Origin: Clostridia bacterium
GTDB taxonomy: Bacteria > Bacillota > Clostridia > Oscillospirales > CAG-272
Direction: 5' to 3'
Length of the DNA stretch: 58,650 nucleotides
Assembly: GCA_017522125.1 (NCBI GenBank)
Contig: JAFXAC010000059.1
Coordinates: 1 to 58,650 of the forward strand
This document shows positions 1 through 9,912 of this stretch, piece by piece. The first letter of the stretch is position 1. The number at the start of each line of letters is the position of its first letter. The position numbers were made by a program, and so were the translations under genes. The notes under the pieces were generated by a model. That model made no database searches. It was not told the DNA's origin and saw only the letters and a program-made list of their open reading frames with translations.

Positions 1-61
1 CTTAACTTTCACTTTGCACTTTGCACTCTGCACTTTATTTGCCGTAAGGCAAATATTTCAC
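1..61 (-). repeat. Truncated GTGAAAT-word / mini-hairpin array (reverse orientation) downstream of the PAP2 gene
   Basis: The minus strand reads GTGAAATATTTGCC-ttac-GGCAAAT, then AAAGTGC/AGAGTGC/AAAGTGC/AAAGTGA 7-mers and GTTAAG at the window edge. The TGA of the first word (58-60) is the PAP2 stop codon. The grammar matches the arrays at 30.5, 51.7, 51.9 and 58.4 kb. Confidence 0.7.
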
Positions 62-639
62 CCAACGAGGTCGGAGCTGCCCGAAAACAGCCTTGGATAT
101 TTTCTCGCCACTGCGTTTACGATAAAGTAGGCGGCTACGGCGTAAAGAACGCCGAGGAGCGAGCCTATGAGCACGTCCGTAAAATAATGGACGTAGAGAT
201 AAAGCCTTGAAAACGCTATCAGCGCCGCCAGCGCGAGCGCCGCCGCGCCCCATTTTTTGTTAAAGAGGAAAACGCCCATAGCCCCCTCAAACGCGGCAAG
301 CGAATGCCCCGACGGGAACGACGCGTCGTGCGTCGACACAAGCGGCTCGCGCACGGCGATAAGCGCCGCGTAAAGCTCGTTTTCATACGGTCTTACGCGC
401 CCGACGAGTGGCTTTAAGCCGAGATTCACGGTGAGAAGCCCGATAACGAGCGCAACGCCTATGACCGCGCCCATTTTGCGCGTCCGCTTAAAGCACAAGA
501 ACACGGCGGCAAGCACTATCCAAAACCAGCCCGCGTCGCACAGGTGCGTCACAAACGTCAAAAATCCGTCAAGAAAGCCACATCGTATGCTTTGAATGCC
601 ATTCAGTATGGCATAGTCAAACTCATAAATTGCGTTCAT
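58..639 (-). CDS. PAP2-family membrane phosphatase (undecaprenyl-diphosphate / lipid phosphatase-like)
   Basis: ORF 58..666. PAP2 motifs KPLVGRVRP, PSGHS and SRLYLYVHYFTDV, plus several TM segments. I moved the start to the ATG at 639: it has a GGAGGAGGAAG RBS and an ATGA overlap with the upstream GT stop. Confidence 0.8.
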   Translation of the reverse strand: MNAIYEFDYAILNGIQSIRCGFLDGFLTFVTHLCDAGWFWIVLAAVFLCFKRTRKMGAVIGVALVIGLLTVNLGLKPLVGRVRPYENELYAALIAVREPLVSTHDASFPSGHSLAAFEGAMGVFLFNKKWGAAALALAALIAFSRLYLYVHYFTDVLIGSLLGVLYAVAAYFIVNAVARKYPRLFSGSSDLVG

Positions 640-1721
640 TTCTTCCTCCTCGGTGCAAACACCCACTCCCTTTGTATGCGGAAGTTGATAAAATAAAGCA
701 CCGTGTCGACTGCCATCTTAAGCAGAGTTGCCAGCGCGGGAGCCTCCACGCCAAACGTGTCCGAAAGAAGTCTTACCGAGCCTGCCGAAATAAGCATCAC
801 GGGTATCGCCAGAGCGTAGTATTTAAGGCAGGTGCGAGCCACCGACTCGCCCGACTTGAACACCGCCTTGCGATTCAGCGTAAAATTAGTTACCGAGGAC
901 ACCGCGCGCGCGATAGCCGTGGGGATAAGCACGGGTAGCACGGGCAGCACGGGGGACAAAAACCTTTTGAGAAGATAGAACAAAAGCAGGTCCACCACCG
1001 TGGATATGCCCGAGCTGCAAACAAACTTCAGTATAAGCGAATAAATTCTTATAGAATCTATCACGGGGCGGAAATGCGAGGTCTGATTCTCATCGATATA
1101 GACCGTTTCTATCTTTTGCTCAAGCCACGAAACGCCAAGGCGCTTCATTTCAAGGAGCATATTCGTTTCGTATTCGTACCTGTCGCCGTCGACCTCGCAA
1201 AGCTCACCGAGATATCTTTCGGGGATCGCGCGAAGCCCCGTTTGCGTGTCGGAAATTTTGAGTCCGCAAAGCAGTAAAAACACCGTAGAGGTTATTTTAT
1301 TGCCCATTCGGCTTTTCGCGGGGACGTGCTCAAGGTCAAAATCGCGCACGCCAAGCACGGGTGCGTCCCTCTCGACCATAAGGCGCGAGCAAGCCGCGAT
1401 ATCCGACGCGCGATGCTGTGCGTCACCGTCGGCGGTAACGACACCCGCGCGGTCGGGGCGGTTGGCGCGGAAATATTCAAACGCCGTTTTCAGCGCCGCG
1501 CCCTTGCCGCGATTGACCTCGTGCTCCAGCAGAGTTACCGCAGGATGCTCCTTGGGATCGGGGAAAAACGCCCTTTTTTCGGGCGATGAGCCGTCGTTTA
1601 TCACTATTATATCGTCAAAGCCCTCCGCTTCCAGCTCGCCGACTATTCGGCACAGCTTTTCGTCGGGCTGATATGACGGTATGACAAGCGTAACGCGTTG
1701 TTTAAAGCTCTTTTCTGTCAT
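636..1721 (-). CDS. Family-2 glycosyltransferase fused to a C-terminal GtrA-like membrane domain
   Basis: N-terminus VTLVIPSYQPDEKL...INDGS...DGDAQH is typical of GT2 polyprenol-phosphate glycosyltransferases. The C-terminal ~120 aa form 4 TM helices with the GtrA-like pattern (VVDLLLFYLL...FTLNRKAVF). Confidence 0.8.
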   Translation of the reverse strand: MTEKSFKQRVTLVIPSYQPDEKLCRIVGELEAEGFDDIIVINDGSSPEKRAFFPDPKEHPAVTLLEHEVNRGKGAALKTAFEYFRANRPDRAGVVTADGDAQHRASDIAACSRLMVERDAPVLGVRDFDLEHVPAKSRMGNKITSTVFLLLCGLKISDTQTGLRAIPERYLGELCEVDGDRYEYETNMLLEMKRLGVSWLEQKIETVYIDENQTSHFRPVIDSIRIYSLILKFVCSSGISTVVDLLLFYLLKRFLSPVLPVLPVLIPTAIARAVSSVTNFTLNRKAVFKSGESVARTCLKYYALAIPVMLISAGSVRLLSDTFGVEAPALATLLKMAVDTVLYFINFRIQREWVFAPRRKK

Positions 1722-1919
1722 TTTACGACTATTCCTTTATATCATTCCTGCAAAATTTTTCATAAAAATATACCACGCAGCAACTACTGCTGCAAAAACG
1801 GCAAGCCAAAAGACCGTATGCTTCCAGCCACCGCCGTTGGGTGAGCCATTATTCATATCCACTACCCCCTATTTTTATGCTATTATTATACCACAACGCA
1901 CAAAAAAGTCAAGTTTTAC

Positions 1920-1948
1920 TTGAACATTCGCGCCTTTGGTTGTATAAT
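1920..1948 (+). promoter_or_regulatory. Sigma-A type promoter (TTGAAC-17-TATAAT, TG-extended)
   Basis: TTGAAC at 1920-1925, 17-nt spacer, TATAAT at 1943-1948. It lies 29 nt upstream of the ATG at 1977, which has a GGGGGG RBS. Confidence 0.55.
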
Positions 1949-1976
1949 GTAATCATAACGGAAAGGGGGGCGAGAG

Positions 1977-3461
1977 ATGCCGCAAAAATTGAAAATTGAA
2001 ATAATTTCGGGCGGCAAGCGGCTCACGCTTCCCGCCGAGCGCGACCAAACCATACGCCACGCGCTTGCCCTTGCGGGCTTTTTTGTCGGCGTTTGCGGCG
2101 GCGGAAGGTGCGGCAAATGCCGCGTGCGCGTCCTTTCGGGCGCGGTGAGCGAAGCACCCGACGCCGACGGCTGTGTGCTTTCGTGCAAGGCAAAAATACT
2201 CTCCGACCTCGTTATTGCCGAGGTCGCGTCCTGCCCCATTCGCCGCACGCAAGGTGAGGGAAAGGCTTGTACCGCCGCGGGCGAGCTTGGCGTTGCCGTT
2301 GATATCGGTACGACCACCGTTGCCGTTTCAGCATACGACCTTACCACGCACGCGCACGTCGGCACGCTGACTGCGAAAAATCCGCAAGCCGCCTTCGGCG
2401 CGGACGTGATCTCGCGCATATCCGCATCACAAACGCATCTTTTTGAGCTTTCACGCTGCGTTCGCGCGGCGCTTGCAAATATGATGGCAAGCCTTTGCGG
2501 CGGTAGCATAAAGCGCGCCGTTATCGCGGCAAACACGGTAATGAGCGAGCTACTTCTCGGCAACGATCCCCGATATCTCGGTAACGCACACGCGACGCTT
2601 GCGCATCACCGCGCGGTAAGACTATACGGCGCGGATTGCGCGGCTATGACGGGCATTTCTGCCGACGAAGTAACGCTGTTTCCGCACATCTCCCCCTTCG
2701 TCGGCGGAGATATCACCGCGGGAATATTCAGCCTTTTCCCCGCACCGCCCGCCGAGCCCGCCTTGCTTTGCGACCTCGGCACTAACGGCGAGGTGGCACT
2801 GATACACGGCGAGGAAATCGTCTGCTCAAGCGCCGCCGCAGGCCCTGCGTTTGAGGGTGGCGGCATAGAATGCGGAATGGAATACGCCGATGGCGCAATT
2901 TCGCACGTCAGCGACGGCGGCAACAGCCTGACGCTTGAGGTAGTCGGCAAAAAAACGCCCGTCGGCATTTGCGGAAGCGGCATTTGCGACGCGCTTGCCT
3001 TTATGCTCCGCCGCGGCATTATAAGACGCGACGGCAGCCTTGCCCCGCGAGGCGAGCTGCCCGACGCATTTGCGACGAGGGTGCGCGACGGTAGATTTTA
3101 CCTTACGGGAAGCGTTTATATCTCCCAAGAGGACGTCCGCGCGTTTCAGCTTGCGCGCGCGGCAATAAAATGCGCCGTTGACGCGGTGTGCACAAGGCTT
3201 GGCAAAGCGCCCGCTACCGTGTTCGTGGCGGGCGGCTTCGGAAGTGCGGCGCACCCCGACGCGCTAAAAACGCTCGGTATACTCCCCGACGGCGCAAGAG
3301 CCGAGGCTGTAGGCTGCTCCGCGCTCGACGGCGCAAAAAGGCTACTGCTCTCCCCCGAGCTTTTACCGAGCGCGGAGAGCATCGCCACCCGTGCCGTCAA
3401 CGTTCCCCTCGCACTCTCGGAGAGCTTTGAGAGTGATTTTATGAAACGAATTAATTTTTAA
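1977..3461 (+). CDS. 2Fe-2S ferredoxin domain fused to an ASKHA/DUF4445-type ATPase (RACo-like corrinoid-activation family)
   Basis: N-terminal plant-type ferredoxin Cys pattern CGGGRCGKCRV...LSC. This is followed by an acetate/sugar-kinase-like fold with DIGTTTV and DLGTNGE phosphate motifs, typical of DUF4445 proteins. Confidence 0.7.
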   Translation: MPQKLKIEIISGGKRLTLPAERDQTIRHALALAGFFVGVCGGGRCGKCRVRVLSGAVSEAPDADGCVLSCKAKILSDLVIAEVASCPIRRTQGEGKACTAAGELGVAVDIGTTTVAVSAYDLTTHAHVGTLTAKNPQAAFGADVISRISASQTHLFELSRCVRAALANMMASLCGGSIKRAVIAANTVMSELLLGNDPRYLGNAHATLAHHRAVRLYGADCAAMTGISADEVTLFPHISPFVGGDITAGIFSLFPAPPAEPALLCDLGTNGEVALIHGEEIVCSSAAAGPAFEGGGIECGMEYADGAISHVSDGGNSLTLEVVGKKTPVGICGSGICDALAFMLRRGIIRRDGSLAPRGELPDAFATRVRDGRFYLTGSVYISQEDVRAFQLARAAIKCAVDAVCTRLGKAPATVFVAGGFGSAAHPDALKTLGILPDGARAEAVGCSALDGAKRLLLSPELLPSAESIATRAVNVPLALSESFESDFMKRINF

Positions 3462-3462
3462 C

Positions 3463-3500
3463 GAAAAGACTTCACAAGCGCAAGCGCTTGTGAAGTCTTT
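3463..3500. terminator. Bidirectional intrinsic terminator between convergent genes
   Basis: AAAA-GACTTCACAAGCGC/GCGCTTGTGAAGTC-TTTT, a 14-bp palindromic stem flanked by A and T runs. Confidence 0.75.
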
Positions 3501-3516
3501 TCTTCTATAACTGAAC

Positions 3517-5427
3517 TTATGCAACGGTCGTTTCGGGAGCTACGGGAGCCTCGGGAGCCTCGGGAGCTACGGGAGCTTCGGGAGCTACGGGAGCTTCAGG
3601 AGCTACGGGGGCTTCGGGAGCTACGGGAGCTACGGGCTTGCGGTGATCGTCGCGATCGTCATCGTGATCGTCGCGGTCATCATCGCGGTCATCGTCGTGA
3701 TCGTCATCGTCGAAATCCTCGTCGTGATCGTCATCGTCATCGTCGAAATCCTCGTCGTCATCGTCGTCGTGATCGTCGCGGTCAGCCTCGGGAGCTTTAT
3801 CAGCATCGGGCTTGTTGTCCTCAGCCTCGGTTCTCTCGGCAAGGATAGCCGCGCTTACGGCGTCAACTACGTACTTATACTCCGTATCAGCGGTTTCAAG
3901 CTCGACCTCGTATACCCAAGTCTCGCCCTTATGCTCAAGCTCGCAATCCTTTTCGATAACCTGCTCGGCACTAAGACCTGCGGCGGTGATGGCGGCGTTT
4001 ATAGCTGCCTCCTCGCCTATAAGGTTTTCGGGAAGCGCGGGAGCGGGGTGCTTTTCGTCCTCGTCCTTGTCATCATCGTGATCGTCGCGATCATCATCGC
4101 GATCGTCGTCATCGTCGTCGAAATCCTTGTCGTCGTGATCGTCGCGATCATCATCCTTGTCGTCGTCAGCCTCAACTCTGCTGTCGATAACTGCCGCACT
4201 CGTAGCGTCGATGCGGTATTCGTACTCGTTTGCCTCTACCTCGAACTCGATCTCGTAGAACCAAACGCCGCCCTTGCACTCAAGGTCGCATTCGATCTCG
4301 CCTGCCTGACTGGAGGAGAATCCGGCGGCGGCAAGCGCGGCGTTAACTGCTGCTTCCTTACCGATAAGGTTTTCGGGGCGCTCGACCTTTGCGGGCTTCT
4401 CGCCCTCGGGGCGCTCGACCTTATGGTCATCATCGTCATCGTCCTCGTCGTCAGCCTCGACCTTGCTCTTGAGGATCTCGCCCGTTGATGCGTCGATCTT
4501 ATATTCGTACTCGTTAGAGCCCGACTTGAACTCGACCTCGTATATCATTGCGCCCTTCTTATAATCAAGCTCGACCTCAACGTCCGTAGCCTGCTCGGCG
4601 GTAAGACCTGCCGCGCTGAGCGCGATGGCAACAACGGCGTCCTTGCCGATATAAGCGGAATCGCTTGCGCTTCCGCTGCCCGTTACGTCGTCGGGAGTCG
4701 TTCCCGTTGCGTCAAGCAGGAGTGCAAGCTCATTAACGGTAAGAGCCTTAAGCTCGTCAAAGGTGTGTGCGCCGCCGCGGGTAACAAGCTCGCAAATGAG
4801 TCTTGCCTTGCCCTGCGACATCTGATTTTCCTTTGCAAGAGCCTTTACGGCGTCGTCGACCTCGTCGGTGATTATCTGCGTCATAACGGCGGCTTCAATG
4901 CTTTCAGCCTTCAAAAGCTCGGTAACGCTGTCGGTGAGGTGCTGACGGAGTGCCTCGCCGTCGCCCTTGGTGTCAACGGTGATAAGAACGGAGTTCGCAT
5001 CAGCGCTGATGTATCCTGCCTTCAGCATCTCGCCGATGATGGCGGAAACTGCGGTGTCAACGTCAACGTCCTTAAGCTCGAGTCCCTCGAGTATACGGGT
5101 GCCGTCGTCGTTGGTGGCAACTGCCTTTTTAACGGTATCGTTTTTACCGATGGAAAGCTCGATGCCGGGGTTTACGTCGATGGAAACCACCGAGGTGATG
5201 GTATCCGAACCCGTCTGCATACCTATAACGGCGGTAAGAACCATAACGAGCACCAGAGCCGCAGCTATTGCAGATGCCCATTTTGCGCTTGAAAATCTCT
5301 TTTTCATTGTAAGTACCTTTCCCTTTCTCTCAACAGAACCACAAGCGGAAAGCACCTTTTCGTAATTATTAGGTGTCACAGCCTCTATATCGGCGGACAG
5401 CTTTTTCTCAATTTCGTTGTTTCTCAT
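3517..5427 (-). CDS. Anti-sigma factor: single TM segment, three extracytoplasmic PepSY-like modules, Asp/His-rich linkers
   Basis: It overlaps the ECF sigma stop by 1 nt (TGATG). TM segment WASAIAAALVLVMVLTAVIG. Three repeats of ~IGKxAAxxxAxxxAGxxxxQ...YExEF...xEYEYxIDAxSxxI (PepSY-like), separated by DDDxDDHDD runs. C-terminal (APE/APV)n tail. Confidence 0.7.
   Translation of the reverse strand: MRNNEIEKKLSADIEAVTPNNYEKVLSACGSVERKGKVLTMKKRFSSAKWASAIAAALVLVMVLTAVIGMQTGSDTITSVVSIDVNPGIELSIGKNDTVKKAVATNDDGTRILEGLELKDVDVDTAVSAIIGEMLKAGYISADANSVLITVDTKGDGEALRQHLTDSVTELLKAESIEAAVMTQIITDEVDDAVKALAKENQMSQGKARLICELVTRGGAHTFDELKALTVNELALLLDATGTTPDDVTGSGSASDSAYIGKDAVVAIALSAAGLTAEQATDVEVELDYKKGAMIYEVEFKSGSNEYEYKIDASTGEILKSKVEADDEDDDDDDHKVERPEGEKPAKVERPENLIGKEAAVNAALAAAGFSSSQAGEIECDLECKGGVWFYEIEFEVEANEYEYRIDATSAAVIDSRVEADDDKDDDRDDHDDKDFDDDDDDRDDDRDDHDDDKDEDEKHPAPALPENLIGEEAAINAAITAAGLSAEQVIEKDCELEHKGETWVYEVELETADTEYKYVVDAVSAAILAERTEAEDNKPDADKAPEADRDDHDDDDDEDFDDDDDDHDEDFDDDDHDDDRDDDRDDHDDDRDDHRKPVAPVAPEAPVAPEAPVAPEAPVAPEAPEAPVAPETTVA
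3532..3639 (-). repeat. About 12 tandem 9-bp units (GGGAGCTWC) encoding the (PEA/PVA)n C-terminal tail
   Basis: Read directly: cgggagcta/cgggagcct/cgggagctt units, head to tail, inside the 3' end of the anti-sigma CDS. Confidence 0.85.
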
Positions 5428-5993
5428 CAGTCTTCTCCCTGTAATCTGTTTCTGAGTTTTTTCATCGCCCTGCTGTATTTTGAAAGTACCGTGGGCAGCG
5501 GCATTCCCATTACCTCGGCTATCTGCCTGTGCTTCATATCGGAAAGCGCGTGAAGGGTAACTATCTGTCTTTCCTCGTCGGAAAGAGCCGTCATAGCCTC
5601 CCTTAGCACTATACCGTCAAGCAGTCGCTCACCCTCAGCCGCGCTGTCGGCGTGACGCTCCCAATCCTCCTCGTTTTCGAGAAGCCTTGCAGTCTTACGC
5701 AAGCGGTGCAGGCAGAGGTTGCGCGTGATGGTCAGTATCCACGCCATCGGCTTTCCCTGCGGTTGGTACCTATCCGCTTCGGAAAAGACCTTGACGAAGG
5801 CGTCCTGCATCACGTCCTCGGCATCGTGAGAATTTTTAAGTATGGAAAGTGCGAAGCCGTAGACCGAAACTCTGCAAGTGTCGTATATCACGGCAAGTGC
5901 ATCGTTCTCCCCACTTGCGAGCCGCAAAAGCGCGTCCTCAAGCACGTGGACCTTATCGTCATCAGGCTTTTTAGCTGATGTCTTGTTCTTCAT
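5427..5993 (-). CDS. ECF-type RNA polymerase sigma-70 family factor
   Basis: About 188 aa. Region 2 (DAEDVMQDAFVKVF, YQPQGKPMAWILTITRN) and a region 4 HTH (LSDMKHRQIAEVMGMPLPTVLSKYSRAMKKLR). Translationally coupled to the downstream anti-sigma gene. Confidence 0.85.
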   Translation of the reverse strand: MKNKTSAKKPDDDKVHVLEDALLRLASGENDALAVIYDTCRVSVYGFALSILKNSHDAEDVMQDAFVKVFSEADRYQPQGKPMAWILTITRNLCLHRLRKTARLLENEEDWERHADSAAEGERLLDGIVLREAMTALSDEERQIVTLHALSDMKHRQIAEVMGMPLPTVLSKYSRAMKKLRNRLQGED

Positions 5994-6038
5994 GGTCGGC
6001 TTGCTCCTTTCATTAAGTTAATACAGCATATGGCACTT

Positions 6039-6998
6039 TTATTGCACGGATCTAAAAAATTTTCCCTGCCAAATATCATTTTCATACATTTTTTTGTCGA
6101 TATCGTTTATTACAGCCGTTTTTTGACGGCTCCAAAGGGGTGCGACGAGGTCCTCGGCAAGTCCGTCGCCCGTCAGGCGACCTATCACGGTGTCGGGCGG
6201 AAGGTACGTCAGCGCCTCGGCAACGAGGCTTACGTATTCGTCCCTTTCAAGCGGACGGTACGCGCCTTCATTATATATATCGCACATCGGCGTGCCGCGA
6301 AGGACGTGCAAAAGGTGTATCTTGACCTGCTCGGGCGCAAGCACGGCAACGTCGCGCACCGTGCGCATCATATCATCGCGGCTCTCGCGTGGCAGACCGA
6401 AAATTATATGCACGCATATCTCGGCACGAGGCGCGAGCGAGCGCAGACGGCGATAACCCTCGCAAAACTGCGAAAAGCTATGTCCGCGTCCGATTGCGGC
6501 GGCGGTAGCGTCAGAGCTACTTTGAAGCCCCAGCTCCACCGTCAGCACCGTGCGCTCCGACACCTCGGCAAGCAGGTGGCAGACCTCCTCGGAAAGGCAA
6601 TCGGCGCGGGTGGCTATATTAAATCCCAAAACGCCCTCGAACGAAAGTATCTCCTCATAGGTGCGGCGAAGCACCTCGACGGGCGCGTATGTGTTCGTAT
6701 GCGCCTGAAGATACGCAATACAGCGCGAGGTATCCCATTTCGAGCTGAGCGAGGTGCGCCCCGCCTCGTATTGCTCGCGTAGCGCAAGTCCGCACGGAAT
6801 GCTGTCGCCGCTTCCGCGCCCCGAGCAATATATACAGCCGCCGCCCGCGTCTATATTGGGACAGGAAAAGCCCGCGTCAAGCGGTATCTTGGCGCATTTT
6901 GCACCAAAGCGGCGGCGCAGGTAGTATTCATAGGTATAATACCGCTTGTTCGTGTCGCTGTTGGGATATGGATTGGTTTGTGCTTGTGTTTTTTTCAT
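6039..6998 (-). CDS. TIGR01212-family radical SAM protein (B. subtilis YtqA-like)
   Basis: N-terminal RYYTYEYYLRRRFGAKCAKIPLDAGFSCPNIDAGGGCIYC cluster motif, with the length and layout typical of TIGR01212/ELP3-like radical SAM proteins. Confidence 0.75.
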   Translation of the reverse strand: MKKTQAQTNPYPNSDTNKRYYTYEYYLRRRFGAKCAKIPLDAGFSCPNIDAGGGCIYCSGRGSGDSIPCGLALREQYEAGRTSLSSKWDTSRCIAYLQAHTNTYAPVEVLRRTYEEILSFEGVLGFNIATRADCLSEEVCHLLAEVSERTVLTVELGLQSSSDATAAAIGRGHSFSQFCEGYRRLRSLAPRAEICVHIIFGLPRESRDDMMRTVRDVAVLAPEQVKIHLLHVLRGTPMCDIYNEGAYRPLERDEYVSLVAEALTYLPPDTVIGRLTGDGLAEDLVAPLWSRQKTAVINDIDKKMYENDIWQGKFFRSVQ

Positions 6999-7010
6999 AT
7001 TCTCTTTAGA

Positions 7011-7042
7011 AAAAATCGAGACTGATTTCAGCCTCGATTTTT
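7011..7042 (-). terminator. Intrinsic terminator after the aminotransferase gene
   Basis: AAAAATCGAG-n12-CTCGATTTTT hairpin, 4 nt after the stop at 7046. Confidence 0.6.
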
Positions 7043-7045
7043 AAA

Positions 7046-8326
7046 TCATTTCTCAATGAGTTTTTCAATAGCCGCCATTCTTGCGCAGAGCGTAAGCACG
7101 CGCATAGCCTCGGTAAGCTCGGAGTACGAGGGGTAGGTGGGGGCAATACGGATGTTCGAGTCGTCGGGGTCTACGCCGTAGGGGTAGCTTGCGCCCGCGC
7201 CCGTCAGCTTAACGCCCGCGTCAAGACAGAGCCTGTAGGTGCGCTTTGCACATCCCTTTGCAACGAAAAGGCTGATAAAATAACCGCCGCGAGGCTCGGT
7301 CCAACGAGCTATACCCGTGCCGTCAAGGTCCTCGTGAAGAATGCCTATGACCGCCTCGAACTTCGGGCGGATAAGCTCCGCAAGCATCTTCATATGCGCG
7401 CGAATATTCTCGGCATTTCCGAAATACTTGACGTGGCGTATCTGATTTAACTTATCGTGTCCTATGGTCTGAATGCTCATAATGGGCTTGATATGCGCCA
7501 TATTGCAATCGGATGCGGCAAAAACAGCCACGCCCGCGCCCGGGAAGGATATCTTCGAGGTGGATGCGAAATAGAAAACGCGATCCTCCGTGCCGGCGTC
7601 CTCGCAAGCCTTGAATACGTTTAGAAGCTCTGGTGCATCGTCGTAAAGGTCGTGAACGGCGTAAGCGTTATCCCAGAAGATCCTGAAATCCTTTGCGGCG
7701 CACTTGAGTGAGGCAAGGCGGCGAACTACTCTATCGGAATAAGTAATGCCGTCGGGATTGGAAAATCTCGGACAGCACCAAATGCCCTTTATCGAGGCAT
7801 CGGACGCAACGAGGCGCTCGACCATATCCATATCGGGGCCGTCCGCAAGCATCGGGACGTTTATCATCTTGATGCCGAGCGACTGACAGATAGCAAAATG
7901 TCTGTCGTAGCCCGGTACGGGACAAATGAACTTGACCTCACCCTGCTTTACCCACGGCTCACAGCCGTCGGACGTACCGTAGAGCATACAACGCGCAACG
8001 GTGTCGTACATAAGGTTGAGCGAGGAGTTTCCTGCTACGATAAGGTTCTTTTCGGGAATATCAAGAAGCTCCGAGAAGAGCTTTTTAGCCTCGGGAATAC
8101 CGTCAAGCACGCCGTAGTTACGGTAGTCAAAGCCGCTTTCCGAGAAGCAATCCTCTGCCTCGGTCACTGCGGTGAGCATACCCGTAAGCTTGTCAAGCTG
8201 CTCCTTGGCGGGCTTACCGCGCGACAGGTCAAGACTTATATTTTTTGCCTTTACGGCGGCGTATTCTTCACTTAATTTCGAATAAAGCGCGCGCAGCTCC
8301 TCTGCGCTCATCTGGGAATAAAGCAT
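7046..8326 (-). CDS. PLP-dependent aminotransferase, class I/II fold
   Basis: 426 aa. The pattern fits fold-type I aminotransferases (LSRGKP..., [28 protein letters not shown] with the PLP lysine). Substrate is not assignable by eye. Confidence 0.7.
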   Translation of the reverse strand: MLYSQMSAEELRALYSKLSEEYAAVKAKNISLDLSRGKPAKEQLDKLTGMLTAVTEAEDCFSESGFDYRNYGVLDGIPEAKKLFSELLDIPEKNLIVAGNSSLNLMYDTVARCMLYGTSDGCEPWVKQGEVKFICPVPGYDRHFAICQSLGIKMINVPMLADGPDMDMVERLVASDASIKGIWCCPRFSNPDGITYSDRVVRRLASLKCAAKDFRIFWDNAYAVHDLYDDAPELLNVFKACEDAGTEDRVFYFASTSKISFPGAGVAVFAASDCNMAHIKPIMSIQTIGHDKLNQIRHVKYFGNAENIRAHMKMLAELIRPKFEAVIGILHEDLDGTGIARWTEPRGGYFISLFVAKGCAKRTYRLCLDAGVKLTGAGASYPYGVDPDDSNIRIAPTYPSYSELTEAMRVLTLCARMAAIEKLIEK

Positions 8327-8357
8327 AATTTCTCCTTTATCCGCGCATCAACAAAAA

Positions 8358-9752
8358 TTAGAAATCAGCGCAGCCCGTGGTTCTGGGGAACGCCTCCACG
8401 TCTCTGATGTTAGTGATGCCGGTAATATACATTATCATTCTTTCAAAGCCAAGACCGAAGCCTGCGTGCTTTGTGCCGCCGTAGCGGCGAAGGTCGCAAT
8501 ACCAGGAATAATCGGCAGGGTCAAGACCGAAGCGAAGGATAGCCTCCTCCAGCTTATCAAGTCTTTCCTCGCGCTGTGAGCCGCCTATCAGCTCACCGAC
8601 TCCGGGAACGAGCATATCTGCGGCGGCAACGGTCTTGCCGTCGTCGTTCTGGCGCATATAGAACGCCTTGATATCGCGGGGGTAGTCGGTAACGAATACG
8701 GGCTTTTTGAATATCTGCTCGGTGAGATATCTTTCGTGCTCGGTCTGAAGGTCGATACCCCATTCTACAGGATATTCAAACTTCTGTCCGCTTGCCTTAA
8801 GCATCTCAACTGCCTCGGTGTAGCTTACTCTGCCGAAATCAGCGTCGCAAAGCGCCGTCATTCTTTCGATAAGGGTGTTGTCGAAGAACTTGTTGAAGAA
8901 CTCAAGCTCGGCAGGGCATTCGCGCATAACGAACCTGATAACGTACTTCACCATAGCCTCGGCGGTGTCCATATAATCGTTAAGGTCTGCAAACGCCATC
9001 TCGGGCTCTACCATCCAGAACTCTGCGGCGTGGCGCTGAGTGTAGGAGCGCTCGGCGCGGAAGGTAGGACCGAAGGTGTAAACGTTGGCAAACGCCATAG
9101 CAAAGGTCTCAACGTTGAGCTGTCCCGAAACGGTAAGTCCCGTCTTCTTGCCGAAGAAGTCCTGCGAGTAGTCTATCTCGCCGTCCTCGGTTCTGGGGGG
9201 GTTATTAAGGTCAAGAGTAGTGACCTGAAACATCTCGCCCGCGCCCTCACAGTCGGAGCCTGTGATAAGGGGGGTGTGAACGTATACGAAGCCGCGCTCA
9301 AAGAAGAAGCTGTGGAGCGCGTAAGCCACCACCGAACGCACGCGGAAAACGGCGTTGAAGGTGTTTGCGCGGGGGCGCAGATGTGCGATGGTGCGCAGAT
9401 ACTCCATGCTGTGACGCTTTTTCTGAAGCGGGAAGTCGGGGGTGGACGCACCCTCAAGCTCGACCTTCTCCGCCTTCATCTCGAAGGGCTGGGGAGCGTT
9501 GGGGGTAAGCTCTATCGTTCCCGTGCAGACGAAGGACGCGCCTACGTTCTGCTTGACCGTTTCTTTATAATTGGTAAGCTTTTCGCTTTCAAGCACTACC
9601 TGAAGATTTTTGAAATACGAGCCGTCGTTAAGCTCGATAAATCCGAACACGTTGCTGGAGCGTATAGTTCTTGCCCAACCTGCAACGGTGATGCTCTTGC
9701 CCGCGTAAGCGGCGGGGTCGCTGTAAAGCTGTTTTACTGTGATTCGTTCCAT
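8358..9752 (-). CDS. asnS: Asparagine--tRNA ligase
   Basis: 464 aa class IIb aaRS. OB-fold N-terminus ([25 protein letters not shown]); motif 2/3 regions ([44 protein letters not shown]). Confidence 0.92.
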   Translation of the reverse strand: MERITVKQLYSDPAAYAGKSITVAGWARTIRSSNVFGFIELNDGSYFKNLQVVLESEKLTNYKETVKQNVGASFVCTGTIELTPNAPQPFEMKAEKVELEGASTPDFPLQKKRHSMEYLRTIAHLRPRANTFNAVFRVRSVVAYALHSFFFERGFVYVHTPLITGSDCEGAGEMFQVTTLDLNNPPRTEDGEIDYSQDFFGKKTGLTVSGQLNVETFAMAFANVYTFGPTFRAERSYTQRHAAEFWMVEPEMAFADLNDYMDTAEAMVKYVIRFVMRECPAELEFFNKFFDNTLIERMTALCDADFGRVSYTEAVEMLKASGQKFEYPVEWGIDLQTEHERYLTEQIFKKPVFVTDYPRDIKAFYMRQNDDGKTVAAADMLVPGVGELIGGSQREERLDKLEEAILRFGLDPADYSWYCDLRRYGGTKHAGFGLGFERMIMYITGITNIRDVEAFPRTTGCADF

Positions 9753-9843
9753 TTTTCAGTTTCCTCTCTTTATTGATGGGCATCAATTAAAAAGTGCAAC
9801 TTTTTTTGCCGAGGTTGCAATATTTTCCTCAACCATAGGTCAC

Positions 9844-9872
9844 ATTATAACACATAATGCCCGAATATGCAA
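9844..9872 (-). promoter_or_regulatory. Sigma-A type promoter for asnS (TTGCAT-17-TATAAT)
   Basis: On the minus strand, TTGCAT (9872-9867), 17-nt spacer, TATAAT (9849-9844). The leader is about 90 nt. Confidence 0.5.
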
Positions 9873-9912
9873 GCAAAAAATAAAATTTTTGCAATTTTTT
9901 ATTGAAAAAAAT

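Noticed and set aside
3519-4488. ORFs inside and opposite the acidic repeat region of the anti-sigma gene (3519..3848, 3643..4488, 3630..3842, 4017..4199 and others)
   Set aside because: They are low-complexity translations (poly-Ile/Val, Arg/His runs, Thr/Met runs) of the GAT/GAC-rich repeats in other frames. The frame encoding PepSY modules plus TM plus coupling to the ECF sigma gene is clearly the real one.
9753-9912. T-box leader upstream of asnS
   Set aside because: The leader is only about 90 nt after a good promoter. It lacks the conserved T-box sequence (AGGGTGGTACCGCG-like) and a terminator/antiterminator pair.
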